Shown here in pieces: positions 14,001-27,700 of a stretch of 64,000 bases of DNA (positions are counted from its first letter, which is position 1; each line of letters begins with the position of its first letter). Made by a program: the position numbers and the translations under genes. Below the pieces are notes generated by a model. That model had not been told where the DNA came from and ran no database searches. It worked only from the letters and a program-made list of their open reading frames with translations. The stretch comes from Marsupella aquatica (taxonomy: Eukaryota > Plantae > Marchantiophyta): positions 2,855,223 to 2,919,222 of the forward strand of contig OZ316892.1 of the NCBI GenBank assembly GCA_973895155.1. The letters are read 5' to 3'.

Positions 14001-17000
14001 ATGCATCACATTGCCAAAGAACGAAATCACTAAACCTGGAGGTAGGAACCCAAAAGACACCCAAAACACTGCCAAAGAACCAAAATGAGGATACTAAATG
14101 CAAAAAACCCAATAAAAGGGGCAAAGAGGCAGAACTCCAAGGAGACCAAAGAGGCCCCGCAACCAAGAGAATAGGAGGAATGAATCTAATTTTACAAAGT
14201 TGCTAGGATTTTACACTTGAGCCCAATCTATATCTATACTATAATTTTCTATGGAAATCTACAAGTTGAACCCAATCTATACTAGAATTCAATCTAAGTG
14301 TAACATTCATGACCTACTCCAGAGAGAGTGAAGTCATAGGTTTAAATTCCCAGGTAACAGAGTTTTTTTAGTATCTAAAGTAGAGAAGAGGAGGATGCCT
14401 TATAACACCATCTAGATGGAATTCCTGAAATATAATGTAATTATACAAAGTTGCTAAGATTTTATACTTTGAACCCATTGCATATTATGATTAAGTCTTG
14501 AATTCCACAATATTGTAATTTTACTATTTTAGTAAAAAGCAGAGGTGAAGTTTCCTAATGTCCCTATCCAAATATAAACTGTGGTTTCTTCTCCATAAAG
14601 AACCAAAACTTACAAAGAGGCAAATCACTAGAAGGGCTTTAAGTTCCTGTCATTTCCTCCCAGCAACTTCTTTTCATGGTTTGACCCGTTACAGGAGGAA
14701 AAGTGGAACGAGAAAGTTGCTTTATTTTTGACCTATCCCTAGTTTCCATGTTGACTTTAACAGTGACATTTCTTTATTTTCAGGAAAATGTACTCTTTCA
14801 AAGGGAGAACTCAGGGTTTTGTTTAGTGTTTTATTTGGTGTACGAGGTGGAATCTGGACCTAATTTAAATACCTCTATTTTAGAAAGAAAATACTACATG
14901 AATATTCCTAGGAAATTTGTTAATTACCCATTCTAGTTTATATATGATATACATTACAGAACATGCTCTATGTTTGTATCTAGAAACACGATTTTGATTC
15001 TTACCTTTATAACACGTACATACCTATTTCCAATGGCAGGTGGATACTACTTTTTCAGTAGTTGACTCCCTTAGAGGAGAATCCCACAAGTAGTCTAGTT
15101 GGTGGATGTCTAGGGGTTCCAAACTTAGCTATTCACCTCCTTCATATCAATCTCATATTGTCTCCTCTCTTAAATGTCCATGTTAGCTTTCCCCACTTCC
15201 TCACCAAGGTTTAAATCATGGGAAAATGAACTGAAGTGCTGGTCATCACAGAAGTAACCAGTCCACAGAACCAAGGTTTTAATCATGATAAAATGCACTG
15301 AGGTTTTTAGTAGTTGGTCCCCCAAGCTTTCATATTGCACATTCCAACTGGATAAGTGCAGTGATGTAGGTTATATAGATGTTTGCTGCACTTGTCAATA
15401 AATGTTTCTTTTGTATACATTGCAGTAACTGATAAGTCAATTTGTATGTTTTGACAAATACATGTGCATTTCTGTGACTTCCAACAAGTGTATTTGTATG
15501 GTCAGAAACAATGTATTTGACAATAGCCATATCAAAGATGAAGTGTCCAATACTTCTCTCTTTTCAAATTCCATTAATTCTTCTCCCTACCATGCCATAT
15601 TACTCCACAACTTCAGGAAAAGTGTACTATTTATGATGAAACCTGGTGGATCAAGGTTATGATGAAACCTGATGGATCAAGGTTTTGTCATGGCTAGTGG
15701 TGGTTTAAAAAGAGAATTCCATAATATTATGGAGCTATATGGTTGCCCTGCACTTATCCAAGGAATGCCCTTATCCAGAGAATGCACTTATACACAGTTT
15801 AGTTTAGTGTATATGGGGGAAAAGAAAGTACCAATTTGAACGAAACTACTGTATTTGATCCCCCAAATGACGAGACTGCAAATGATATTCCTTGAGTTGA
15901 GAGATTGTTGACACTTGTGCATTGTAAAAGGCATTGTTGACACTTGTGCTCTGTAAAAGGGATTCTTTGCCTTTTGTGGGGTGCATGATTGGGATGAGAA
16001 AGCCTGGAGACGGGAGAGTCCTGCTGGACAAAGCTATGGGCGCTGGTTTCTAAGAGAGAGAAAAAGGCTACACAGGAATATATGCATTTCAACGGAACTA
16101 CAGTAGCTGGGAGGTTGAATCAATGTTCAGCTGAAGGGCTTTGGCATCAGACAACTCACAAGGTATGTCACTACAGAAAGTAAGAGTACTGCAGCATTAG
16201 AAAAGCAGCCTGCCCACACTTGACTTTCGGCAGAGCGAAAAGCGAGCACTTGAGGCTCAAAGGTATTGGCTGGTGAAGGTGTTCAACGAGAAAGGAAATG
16301 TCTACTCAGAAAGTCCGCTCTAAGTGGACCGAAAACGGACAAGATGGCATGATGGCAGCGAATCTCAAAAGCATTCTCTGGCTAGAAATGATGGGCAGCG
16401 AAAAATGTGGACGGGAGAATGGGTCCAGTTGCGCAAACCCTACTGTAGATTGGAGCAACTATCGTATTGTAGCCTCTTCCATCGCCGTTTGCCCCAAGAG
16501 TTGAAATTTGAGTGATTTTTTCCAAGTTTCTTGCACTCAAAATTGCCAAGGGATAAAGCTCCCCAGAGCTGTTATGAATGCAAGTTGATTTTTGCCTTTC
16601 CAAACTAAGAATATAAAAGGTAAACTCCCCAGAGCCCAGCTGTCTCGAGTACAATAGAGACTTTGTGCATCACTAGGTACTAGGCATCTCAATTCCTCTT
16701 CAACCTTCCTCTCAAATATGTTTAGGCATGGTATTGTAGTGTGTCAGGAATGAGAGAACATGGTGTTGTAGGAGACTTACCGTGGAGTCTAACTTGAGGG
16801 TGTGCGCATCCTTGGACGCTGCGATGGCATTGATCAAAGCTTCTTTGTCTTTCAGCAGCTGCATGGATGCCACAGACGCAATAAATCAAAACTGGAGGTT
16901 TGAGATCCATGGTAATCATGCAACTCTTACTGTCTGAGCAAGCTCCATCACAGTAGCAAGAAAGACGTCGACAAGCTAAGATGCTGCACATTATTGAAGC

Positions 17001-20000
17001 CAGTACGCAAGATAGCATATTTTGCTCTTTCCTTGAGCATGATCAGGCCAAGCTCTGTTGTTGACAATAGACTGTAGGAGCTATTATATTAAGGCATTTC
17101 TAGAATTTCTGAATGCAGTGCGCCACTAGACCTACCTACCTATCCAGCCCAGCTGAATATATCTCACTTTGCACTCAAATCCCACTTGACATCAAATGTG
17201 ATTCAGATAAGGACATTGACAACTACAGTACATCAGTCAATTAAAAGCAAGATATAGTTGTGCAGACACATCCAGGTGCTGACAACTTGTTTTGCCAAAC
17301 CTTTAAAAAAATGTAAGATGGATGCCCAAAGCACCCTTTTACTCTTATTTAGACGGCAAGAGAAGGCTTTCTTTGCACAGCTCGCTCGTCATGAAAGAAC
17401 ATGTACTACCAACCCATATTGCATGGCAGTGCCGGTAAAACAATTTCAAGACCCGTTCTGCAAATAGCTAAATTAGTGTGATGGAATCGGCTTCCAACAA
17501 TCATATGTGAGTTTAAGTATTCAATGCAGTTGGCCTGACTGATTTCTCCTGCACAAGACAGTGGGAGAGCAGGGGACGGGGAGTTCGGGCGAGAACTTAC
17601 ATCACGAGCTATGTCAGACTCCACTTCTTCCTCCATGTCCTGAAGCACATACTTCTCCACGAGTGATGATGCTTGCATAGCGATGGTCTCCGCAGACTTG
17701 AGCTCTGCCATTCGAAGAACTCCAAAGGTTTTCTAGAGTCAAGGCAACATATCGCTTTTGCATTGGAGAGAATTGATTCCTCTTGATGGACTCTATGCCG
17801 AGATAAACTAGGCACATCGATGGCTACAATTCAAAATTATAGCGTAGGTTCGGGTTGAATCTGACGAGAGAGAAAGAGGATATTAGTTGGCAAAGTGCTG
17901 CTTATTGACATCAATCATCGAATAAAAAGCTTGCTCGAACTGTGCCCATAAATTCTGCAGAATACGAAAAAACAAATTACAGTCGGTCAGTTAGGCTGAA
18001 TTGTCTGTCCAACATGAAATACAGCTCATTTGGAATGCACAGGGAGAATGCACACCCTAAACTCGACACTAAATACACAATCTTATGTTGATTGATCTGA
18101 AGATTGAAAATTCGAGACCCCGTTGTGAACGACTTGGTCAGCGAGCTGCACAGAAGGACTCCTTGCCTTAAACCACATCCCTAAGCCTTCTATATAGTAG
18201 CTTCTAAGCTTGATACTATTGCTAGTATCTCAACAAGGAAGGGACGCTCATCAGCAGTGTAAGCACAAAAACCTACCTGAACCTCATCAAAACAGACAAC
18301 TTCAAGCTCCATGAGTGCCTCTTTGACTTTATCATTCTCTGTTACAAGGTTTTTAAGTTTTGCCTCGCCGGTGGCCCGTTCTTCATGTACCTCTTGAAAT
18401 ACCTGCACAAAGGTAGAGGTCAATGACAGGAGATTATCATTAGGACCTTTCCATTTGAGGGAGATTGCAAATGACAGTTTCCTCGGAAAGACTGAACTTC
18501 GTCGTGACAAGCATTTGAGTAAGAAGTGGGACATGAAAATCTGGGAACTTTGGGGCGAAGAGGAGCGAATGCGGGGAAGAATATCCAGATGAACTTGTGC
18601 CCTTTTGAAGTCCTTCTATAAACTTTCCAAGTCGATATTTATTCAGGAAAGTTTCAGGGATCAACCAAAACACAATATAGTCCAAGAATTTCTCCAAGAT
18701 GCCATAAAGTGAGGATTGTAGTTCCGCTCTTGCTAGTTGTTTAGAAGACGTCCACATTCAGCTTGAAGATTCCGAACCACATTGTTAAGTTGGGGAGGAG
18801 ATGTTGCCAACCTCTGTCATTAAATTTGGATTCTTTACCTGCCTATTTCAGAGAAGTAGCCACATGAATTGCTTATACCTTCTTCTTCAATTTTGCCAAG
18901 TCCTTTACAAGTGCACGGCTCTCCTCGTCCTTTTTAGTCACATCTTCGTCTAGTGCATCCTTCCAATCTTTGATTTCTTGCTCTTGTTTGGAGTGTAAAT
19001 CAATCATTAATACCTTCAGATCAGCTGTCGCAGCTTTGAATTTCTCCTTGTACCTGTGGATGCAACCATACACACACCGGATTTGAGGAGGAAGACAAGC
19101 AATTGACAGAGGCATCGGGAATCGAAACTGACAAGGGTGGAGAAGGAAACGCATAGCCATGTTCTCAATATCCCGGTGTGGGCATAATTCATTATACGAT
19201 ATGTACTGTTTCTAGATCTGATAAAATTCTGAGTTTTGTGACGACTTTTGGTGGAGCATTGGTAGAGCAAGCTGGCTGATGAGTGTTTTAGGTACTCTTC
19301 ATGCGCTTCAAGAAGTGTTGGAACTTCCGCAAGTTTGGGGTACTCAGGATCGTCAGCCAGCATTCCATCAAACAGTTCGTCCAGCCCGTCCAGGTTTGCT
19401 CTCTGTTCAAAGTACGATGCAATGATCACGAAGTCGCCTTATTTTTATGGTGAGATTCATAATCGGTATTCAAGAGAAAACTGCTAGGAGATATCAGGCA
19501 TTAGGTGTGTACCCAAAACCTTCCCTCTTGAACAGTAAAAGATTTTCTGACGCTGATCGCCTCATCTTACTGAATTGCGGCGAACACAACGTTTGAATAA
19601 GCATTGACAATTAAGCCGCTATGTCTCACGATGTAAGTCAAAGAATTTGGTTCCCGGAGCTTATTTAGTCGAACAATTCTTGTCAAGCTTCAGTTGAAAA
19701 CTATGATTGAAAATAGTAGAGTCTCATCCGATATATCTATGCACCTTTAGTAGCTCCTTCTCAGCTTTCTTTTCAGTCCTTTCTTTGATGCTTATGTCCT
19801 CTTTAAGATCATCGGATTTAAGTTCTGTTAAATCATCTTGGAATTGCTCTCTGGCCGCAGTGATCTACATCAAACAACAGTCTTTAGACAAATTTCATCA
19901 AAATATACGGCAAATGGTTACGTAGCCCACTAAAAGTGGAAATTAAGATTCCGCCGTAAGACTGTTTCATGAGTTGTATCATAACCAAAGCTAGATTGAA

Positions 20001-22698
20001 ATCCAAATTTTGTTGGTTCTATCAGTGGTCAATCAATGCTGTGTTTCACGAGTTTAGAACGTTGTAGGGACAGCGGAGGTTTCTCGGGTTGAGAAGCATG
20101 CCCAAAACAGCAATATACGTTCCAGAACGTTGGAACAAACTGTCTAAATTGTCGGAGGACATGGCAAGAGCTTTTGATCATAAAGGGACTGATTCTTGAA
20201 CAGAATGTAATGCTCCGCTGCAAGTTCGTCCTTTTCTCTTAGTACCCTAAAATCTTAAGAGTCTTAGACAGGGGTCCTTATCTGCTATTCTGCTTGGTTT
20301 ATAGATTATGGTGTGTAGGTATACGGAGTATGTACCTGCTTCAGGTTGCAAAGCTTGTGGTCGAGATAAAGCAGATTTCGTACGAATGCAATCACATAAT
20401 ATCTGTAGTCCTGATTCTGAACGAGAGCAAAGATACCTTGTGGTTGGTTGAGCTTGAAACTGTCTTAGCACAAGAAATCCTGCGACAGAGTTTCCGCTTA
20501 TTGAAAACATCAGAGTACTGGTTTAGCAACTAGCTTTCGCAAATGATCCTTAGCAGGGTATCATCCAAAATTCTGAAAACAGTGACTGGCTCCTTCCTTA
20601 GGCCAGCTGTGCCTCCTGGAAGAGAATAGCTGATTTCCTAGCGCTGCTTAAGTTCGGACAGAGTTCTATACCGTTCTGGAAGCGCTATTTAGGGGAATGT
20701 CCGGAAGAGAAACACTCACCTTGGAGATGGGATTCCCATCCAGACACAATAGACGGAGTCTACGAAATTTTCTTAGGTAAATCACCTGTCATAAAAGGGA
20801 AGGCACACCATTGAGTTTCAATAGTATTGCTCTCATCATGACCGAATCCCACAGAACCTCTCGACACTCACTGCAAATCGCTCCAGGCTTGTCTATCTTG
20901 CCTTTACAGTAGCTCCGGGGTCACAGTTTCAGATCTGTCCTGGAGTTACTATCACTCTATCACTGTGACCCCAGAGCCGGATGATTGGAAATGATTGTAA
21001 GTGAGATTGTAGTAGCACTTGTTTACAATCGAGTTGAGACAAACACATTCATTTCAATTTAAGATTTCATGAAGAAACTGGAATTATTATTTAGCAGCTT
21101 TGGCATTGGTTTTCTCAGAAACCAATGCCATATGGGAAGCTCATCCAACTCACATTTCTCAGAAGGACATTAGAGGCTTGGAAATAAGACTTAAGTATGT
21201 GCCCTAGACGGAGATGAAGCTGATGCAACACATAAAGCACGAGCAAGGTTGGACGGCGAATGTCCTACTTCTTCTAATTCTTTGAGAAGATTGTTGCCAA
21301 CAGATAGTGATATGAGATTTTCCAACGTCTCCATGCCTTCTAGCTTCTCAATTTTGTTGTTGTAGAAAGACAAATCTACCAGTTCTGTGAGAGTCTCCAG
21401 CCCTTCAATCTTCTCTATTTCATTGAAAGATAGGTCTGGAAGACATTTGCCAAGACGGACTTTGATCACTTTTGCAATTTGTGCCCAAGGGACCTCGCAG
21501 ATAAAATACTATGAATCCTACTCTAGTACAGGTTACACAAGTCCAGTGCTCTCTTGGAGAGCTGCAGAAGTTTTGGTCGGTACTTTTAACCACCCCTGAT
21601 TGCAGGCAAGGTCTGTGACGCACCAAGCTGTGTAAGCGTTGTTAGATGTCCAATGTTGTTTATCTTTGAAAGGTGGTTATTGTCTAGAAGCAGTTTTGTG
21701 AGGCACCCAAATCCACTCAGATAATCAACCTCTTTGATACCTGCAGAACAGGTGGTACTCAGTTTCGTATGACGTCCTTTTAAGTAATAGTAAATAGATG
21801 CATAAGTACTACCATCATCGGTGTGACGAAGTGAATGTAAAACAGAAGTGTTGTAAATTATTGTGAGCTAGATGCCTGATTTCTCGATACTCGACCTGAG
21901 TATGCTCTCCTCAATGCAGCATGGCTACAATCTTCGGCAAAGTAAGGACGAGTGGATCATCAACCGTGCTTTTGGTGAATTGAAATGTGCATCACAGCCC
22001 CAACTAGATTCTCAGCTGAAGAGGTACAAGTGAAGGTGAGATTCATCGACCAAGCAGAACAGATTGCTGAAGGGAGGGAGCCACTCTTACTTCGGAATGA
22101 AAGTTCCATGCAAGTCACCTCCTTCAAGGGAATGTCCTTTTTCCGAAGTTCTGCAGCCTCTGGAACCAATCCTTCCACCTACTTAACATTTGGTGTCAGA
22201 AACCTGAGTCTAAACCCCATCGTGCGCTCTTGATGTCTACTATAGCCTCTAGGGTGCCGGCCTCTGGTGTCCTGCAGTTATACAATTTTTAAAGCTTTCT
22301 GTAACTTAGTGTTCTTTCTTACATCCCTGGTTATCTATAATTGGAACTGAAGTTTGAGTCGACTCATAGTTAGGGTATGAAATCAATCTGTCGCTACATC
22401 AATTTCTGTTTTATATCCGAAACTGATCGGCCAGATCAATTCATTACACATCTTCGTCAGCTCTGTTCTCAGTCTGCTGTGTTTGCCAACCTATTCGTGC
22501 GGTTGGGGACTATCAACTTTGGGAAGGCTTTGTAACATGGTCAAGTTTGGCGGATTATGAAGTCTTTCTCTTCTCTCGTAGTTTCCCATATAGATTTTCT
22601 AGATTAGATCGGGGAAAGGATAGATGTTGTGAGGATCGGCTCGGGTGGACCTTGATTGCATTGCGGATGATCTCGGTTGTAATAGCTCTGCCTTCCAT
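4374..22698 (-). CDS. DRC3: Dynein regulatory complex subunit 3 (LRRC48), 14 exons, 523 aa
   Basis: Exons: 22698-22651, 22178-22091, 21740-21624, 21435-21269, 20785-20720, 20416-20336, 19864-19745, 19402-19296, 19053-18879, 18402-18277, 17954-17884, 17727-17601, 16858-16781, 4574-4374. Total 1572 nt with all phases consistent. SDS22-like LRRs ([35 protein letters not shown]), LRR cap ([27 protein letters not shown]), coiled coil, and C-terminal [18 protein letters not shown]...[10 protein letters not shown]. Confidence 0.93.
4900..5058. mobile_element. 159-bp Mutator-like MITE with 10-bp TSD
   Basis: Near-perfect TIRs gag(g/a)gatttgcttggtgggaccccaaatgaaaatgttttactt. Identical direct repeat agttttagtc at 4890-4899 and 5059-5068. 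Confidence 0.93.
5520..6299. repeat. Pair of ~86-bp direct repeats (5520-5605 and 6214-6299) around ~610 bp of other sequence
   Basis: ttgtatatgctggacacgt...gggtttgggagcagaatta occurs twice with 2 mismatches. Confidence 0.9.
7225..7441. repeat. ~45-bp minisatellite, ~4.7 copies
   Basis: Unit approximately gaccaagatgcagcaggcctttgctttYattctattcgagaaggt; produces the [15 protein letters not shown] repeat in the ORF track. Confidence 0.9.
7593..7735. repeat. Two-copy direct repeat, ~84-bp period
   Basis: cactcactNggacaggatcttagctg..aaggagctcNgatactaaaaccactttgaca occurs twice. Confidence 0.85.
8022..8063. repeat. (GA)n microsatellite
   Basis: About 21 AG units read directly. Confidence 0.97.
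10200..10540 (-). mobile_element. Highly decayed LINE (RTE-like) reverse transcriptase fragment
   Basis: Minus-strand remnants [12 protein letters not shown] ... *PGFQ ... H...KLID ... LLLCC resemble the YRGI....FAKL / QAGFR / LFCCFVDF order of LINE RT N-termini. Many stops and frameshifts. Confidence 0.3.
12774..13069. repeat. 147-bp tandem duplication whose units contain TGTCACACCC (LTR-start-like); possible solo-LTR relic to ~13808
   Basis: Units start at 12774 and 12921 and are nearly identical. tgtcacaccc is a common LTR terminus and tgatcaca occurs at 13801-13808, but no matching 5-bp TSD was found, so only the duplication is certain. Confidence 0.75.
17728..17883 (-). other. U12-type (minor spliceosome) AT-AC intron of DRC3, 156 nt
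   Basis: 5' splice site ATATCCTC; branch point TGCCTTGAC with the A 11 nt upstream of the terminal AC. Removal joins TA|C (Tyr), giving KQHFANYFGVLR and avoiding an in-frame TAA. Confidence 0.93.
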
Positions 22699-24733
22699 TT
22701 CTCACAGCTTCTTGGACCCTTCTCGATAGGACAGCGGGAAGGCGAGCTCGTAGGTCAATTAATTCCACTCTTTAGTCTGCACACACACCAATCCTCATAA
22801 ATCTAATCGATTTACGTGTCAGCCATATATAGTACCAAACGATGCATGCTTGTGCTCATTCATTGAATCGCTCGTATCTGGTGTTATCTGACTCGATTCT
22901 AGAATATTTCGTTCCTTTCTGCTTTCCCATGAGAATGTCATGTCCTGTCGGAGACTCTCCTCTCCTAAGCAATGCAAATTTGATTAGCCAGAGAGATCAT
23001 ATTACCGCCAAGACGGGAAGTCTGTATGGTGTTGTTGGGCTTGAATTATACACCAGTGAGGTTTCATTCAACGGCTGCATTGCAGCAGTGACGTTCACAT
23101 TCACTTTTATTGTTTCTGGGGGACGATTTCTTTGGCTAGATGCCTGATCCTTTCTTTTTCACAATTCACGTCAGGGTTTGCGCGAGAGCATTTTGAGCTT
23201 GAATGAAGCCGAATTGCTGCCCTGTCCAGTGTTCAGAAGGATTCCACAATGGCTTCCACTTTGAAAGAGAGAAAAGCTGTTTATGCGATGGATGCTAAGA
23301 TGCAGTTACCATTCATTCGTCAAATAAAATCACATTCGCATTTTCCTTTGCCCCGGCATTGGCGACAGGAACAAAACATTGGAGTTTGTCTGACTCTTAA
23401 CTTCAGTACCGGAGCCGCTGGATGGCAAACTCAGGCGTGTTGCTATGCTCTGAGATGCATGTATTACTCACTGGGCTCATATTCTGAAATGCTGCCGCAA
23501 CAGCCGACGAGAAAGTGGAACCATGCAAATCTTGGTGTGCTGGGTTTGGCATCAAGGATTGGGTTACTTTACGATTCCCCTGTTAACTAGAAATTGAGCA
23601 ACGCCAGGACTCTTTTCAGATTCAAAGGAGTCAAGAGGGGATTTGATCAAGTGGGAATTGGGTTTGGACTGAACATGGACTCCTTTCCTTCTGGGATTGA
23701 AGGAAAGATTTCGATGTAGTTCGAGGTAGACTCCAGAAAATCGAATTGCACATATGACGCGAAGAAAAACACGCGTTCAAGGTCGTCTGCAATAGGGTTC
23801 AGCTTTCCAATGATGAGTCCCTTCTTGTCAACGAGTATGTTGGGCGTATGGTAGCTTTTCGCGTGGGGAAAGTGCAGCTAAGAGACGATTGTAAAAACGA
23901 TCAGGAAGAATTCGCCTTGAAACTGTGAACGCGTCATAATTGGGATCGCATCACATTTGTTAAAGCACGACCGTCTCACAATGGAATATTCCCATTTGCG
24001 TTTACTGTCTTTCAACATATTCAGACATAAGCAGAATGGCAATTTAGCGAATTTAATTCAAGCTCGTTCCCAAGTGTACAAAGAGATCTGATCCCCATAT
24101 GCAATCCATTCAGTCTTCGCATTCAAGGTCGGGACCGGAGTCTGATTTGGAAAGCGAAACATTTCTGAATGGATCAAAATACCTCATTGCTCTGTCATCC
24201 CCATGTGGGAGGTTCCCCTGATCATCCCCTCGACTCAGAGCACTTACCGTCCTACGAATACTTCTCGAGAGAGGCAGCTGTGTATCCAGTTGTGGTAATT
24301 GAAGAGTGAATGAGGCCCACTGGCACGGGGGCAAGCTTGGGCCGTCGTAGACACAAGTGAAGGAAGATGCAAGACTAAGAAATTCTAGCAATGTCATACC
24401 ATGCAGCAGCCTTTCGTAAGATGGAATAGTAGTGCAAGCACAGAGACGGAAAACTTACGGTTCCCCTAAAATGAAGAGGAGACATCCAAAATGTTTCACC
24501 CAGCTATCATCACGATTTGAAATTTGTTCTTGTCATCAATAGCAGATGAGCAGCAATACAGGCACAGGTAGTCGTTATCACGAATGGACTTAGCCTCAAC
24601 AAACGCTGGCTTGAACTTTCTTGGTAACTATGAACGAAGATATTTTAAGGGGTATCACCATTAAGAGCAACATGAGACAACGGACCAAGAATCGCCTTCA
24701 CACTTCGTTTTCTTCTACAATTTCAATGCTTTT

Positions 24734-27700
24734 TCATGTATCTTTACTTCTATCCGAGTCAGAAGGACTCCGAGTATTTTCTTCGGAATCTAGTCCGCTA
24801 ATACATGTACAGTTGTTTGCTGGTCTTACGCAGAGTACACAATTTTCCTTCGAGGGTGACAAAGTTTCTTTCTCAACCTCGGGGCCAAACACTACCTCCG
24901 GGACTTCCAAGGCTGTAGCTGTCTCTTCTATATGTCCATCATGTGCTGAAGTTGTACATGCTCTTCTGGCTAATTCAGACTCTAGAGCAGAAAAAACTTC
25001 GTTAGCTGATGGGCGCTTTGATGGGCTCGGCTCCGTGCAAGAATAGAAAAGCCGCACCATGGTACTCAAGATCTCCATCTCATCTGCACTATAGGTAGCC
25101 GTATCACTCACCCCGGATGCTGGGGACCTAAGTTTCTCTAATTCAGCCGGAAGCTGTGGTCGTTGTCCTATCTGCAATACCAAAGAAATTGTGTCAATGG
25201 TAACGGGACCCTCGAACATTTTCAAACCTGAAAAAGTGCCTAACATTATTGAACCTTTCACAAAATGCAAAAACTCTGCCTACCAATAATGGGAGAAACT
25301 GAAGTGTCGGGAGAAGCCTACTAGATAAGTGCACGAGTTTTCTGTTATTTGACACTGGTAAAAAAGGTCTGTATCAATACCTGAATGCGGGAATGAACTT
25401 CAGTCTCTGTAAGACCATCGTATGGGACTTTGAGCGTGAGCAACTCGACCAACAAACAGCCAAATGACCATAAATCTGCTTCCTGAACCAGCAGAAAATA
25501 TTTATAAAATACAGGGTAAGTTAAAGGCTAAAAAGAACTGTAAAGCCGAGATGACGAGCTACAATCTCCTGAGAAATACAGTATCAGCATTGATACCTAA
25601 GTTCATCCAGGGTTTCGCGGGCTATTATTGATGCCCACCACCAATACCACCAAACTACCCATGATTAAAAGAAGCGAACTTTACATAAAGGACTAAATGC
25701 TTGAGAAGGTTGAGGACTTACAACGCCATATGAATGGCGGCCATACATAGCCCTGAGTACCTCGGGCGCTATCCAACGGGGCGTACCCACACAGACATCT
25801 GCAGATGGTACTCCTCTGTGCGCCAAGTAGCATGTGTGGGCTGAAGACGACTGCAGGGGAACTGCACTGTCAAAGTCGCAAAGCTTCACAGTTGGTGTAC
25901 TGGAATATGATTCTTCTGTTGCTTCCAAGTCAATCAGCACGTTGCTGCTTTTTATGTCTCGATGGATAATCTGCTTTGAGTGCAGCGCGGAGAGTGCACA
26001 TGCTACATTTCGAGCGACATGCAGGGCTAGCTTTGGAGGCATGTGTGCATGACCCTTCTTCAGCAATCCCTGAAGGAACGCCTGTTGAAAACAAACAAGA
26101 AAATATGCTCAATTAGAGTCGATCCCCATCAACTGGTAGCTCACAAGCCCGTCAATCTGCACAGATGTTACCAAGACAATGAGAATATTACCTCGAGAGA
26201 TCCACCCTGGATGTACTCCATGAACATGACCAATCTTGGCGGTAGAGGTGGCACTTCAGCTGAATCTGCTCCCAGTGGAACTCCAGATGACAACTGATGA
26301 CCATAGAAACTAACTATACAAGGATGGTGCTGAAGACTGCAGAGAATGCGAAGTTCACTTAAGCAACTGTTCTCCAAAGTCTTACCCATACCTACAGGGC
26401 CTTCTGCAATAGCTTCTAGCTGCCTGACCTGTACCGACAAACAGAAACCTTTAGTCCTCATTGAAAGATCATGTGCTGCCTCTGCCTGCTAAATATTTGA
26501 GGAAAAGCACAACCATGACGACCCAAAAATTCTTCGGGAAACCGAAGTCAACTGTTCGCCATGCGACAAAGGATTGGCAGAGGCAATCTGAAATAATTTA
26601 GAAAATTGAACTTCGTCGACTCAAGATGTACACACCATCTACTTATCCATTGCAACATTCATCCAGAGATCAAACACCTCGGGCCAATGCTTTTTCAGTT
26701 GACCACAAAGACACGACAGACATTAAAGACGGGGAGAGGCCCATACCTTTGCTGCGGCAGTAAAAGTTCCAAAAGTGCATCTCTGAACAGTGGCACCAGA
26801 AGCACCGTGACCAATGTCTTCGTGTAAAATTGGGGTAGGGATTTCACTGCTGAATGCTTTTTGAACTAGATTAGCTGCCACCGGCAGTTTAATACGTTTG
26901 AAAGGAATGTATCTGCAAAGAAAAAAGTCCAGTTAACTTTCCCAATGGCTCCAACGCACATCATAGGGCGACTAAAATATTCGACAAAGTGCATCATGGT
27001 AAAAAAAACGTAACATGTTTGAGGAAGCAAGTTGACCTGTACATCACTACCACCTAGATGAGTCAACAACAGCCCGCTAGTCAATCCCATACTACAAGGT
27101 CCTTCAAGTACTGATACCCGAATGGTAGGACCTAAAGTACTATAATTGGTTATGTTGAAATGAAACCAGATTTCTGGCTAAGGTTCAAATGGTGATGATG
27201 TAAAGAAAATCCTATAAAGCAACAAGGATGTGTCACCCATTGGTAACCTAGCCAGAATTGTCTTTACCTGCAGAAATACTCGGGATCTTGTTCTAGTCGA
27301 ATATCGAGAGGCCTACACGCATCCACCAGCATCCTGGCACTTTCATTCGAGTCCTTGACCAACACCACATTCCATGCATGTGGCATATAATCAAGGTATC
27401 CACGTACCAATTCACAAGGTATGACTGGCTCCGCCCTGTCACACAAGTACTGCAAAGCTCTCATGTCAGTAAGCTGTGTAGGAATGACAATTAGACGACA
27501 TATGGCCGGCTTCACACCATTGGGCACAAATTCGTACAGGATTTCTGACCAAGAATTTCGGACTGGATTGATCAACATACCTTAAAAAGAATAGCTCGAT
27601 GTCGACAAACACCATAAGGAAATGATCCTATGGGGAGTATATTTGATCCTTCTTGAGCTTTGAGAAATCGAACTGCACCTTCACAAAGCATGTGTACACT

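Noticed and set aside
24110-24397. 95-aa minus-strand ORF between the kinase and DRC3
   Set aside because: No recognisable motif; probably kinase 3' UTR or intergenic sequence.
25860-25885. DFD in place of DFG in the kinase
   Set aside because: As I recall, DFD is typical of this LRR-kinase family, and the other catalytic motifs are intact, so it is not a locus-specific novelty.
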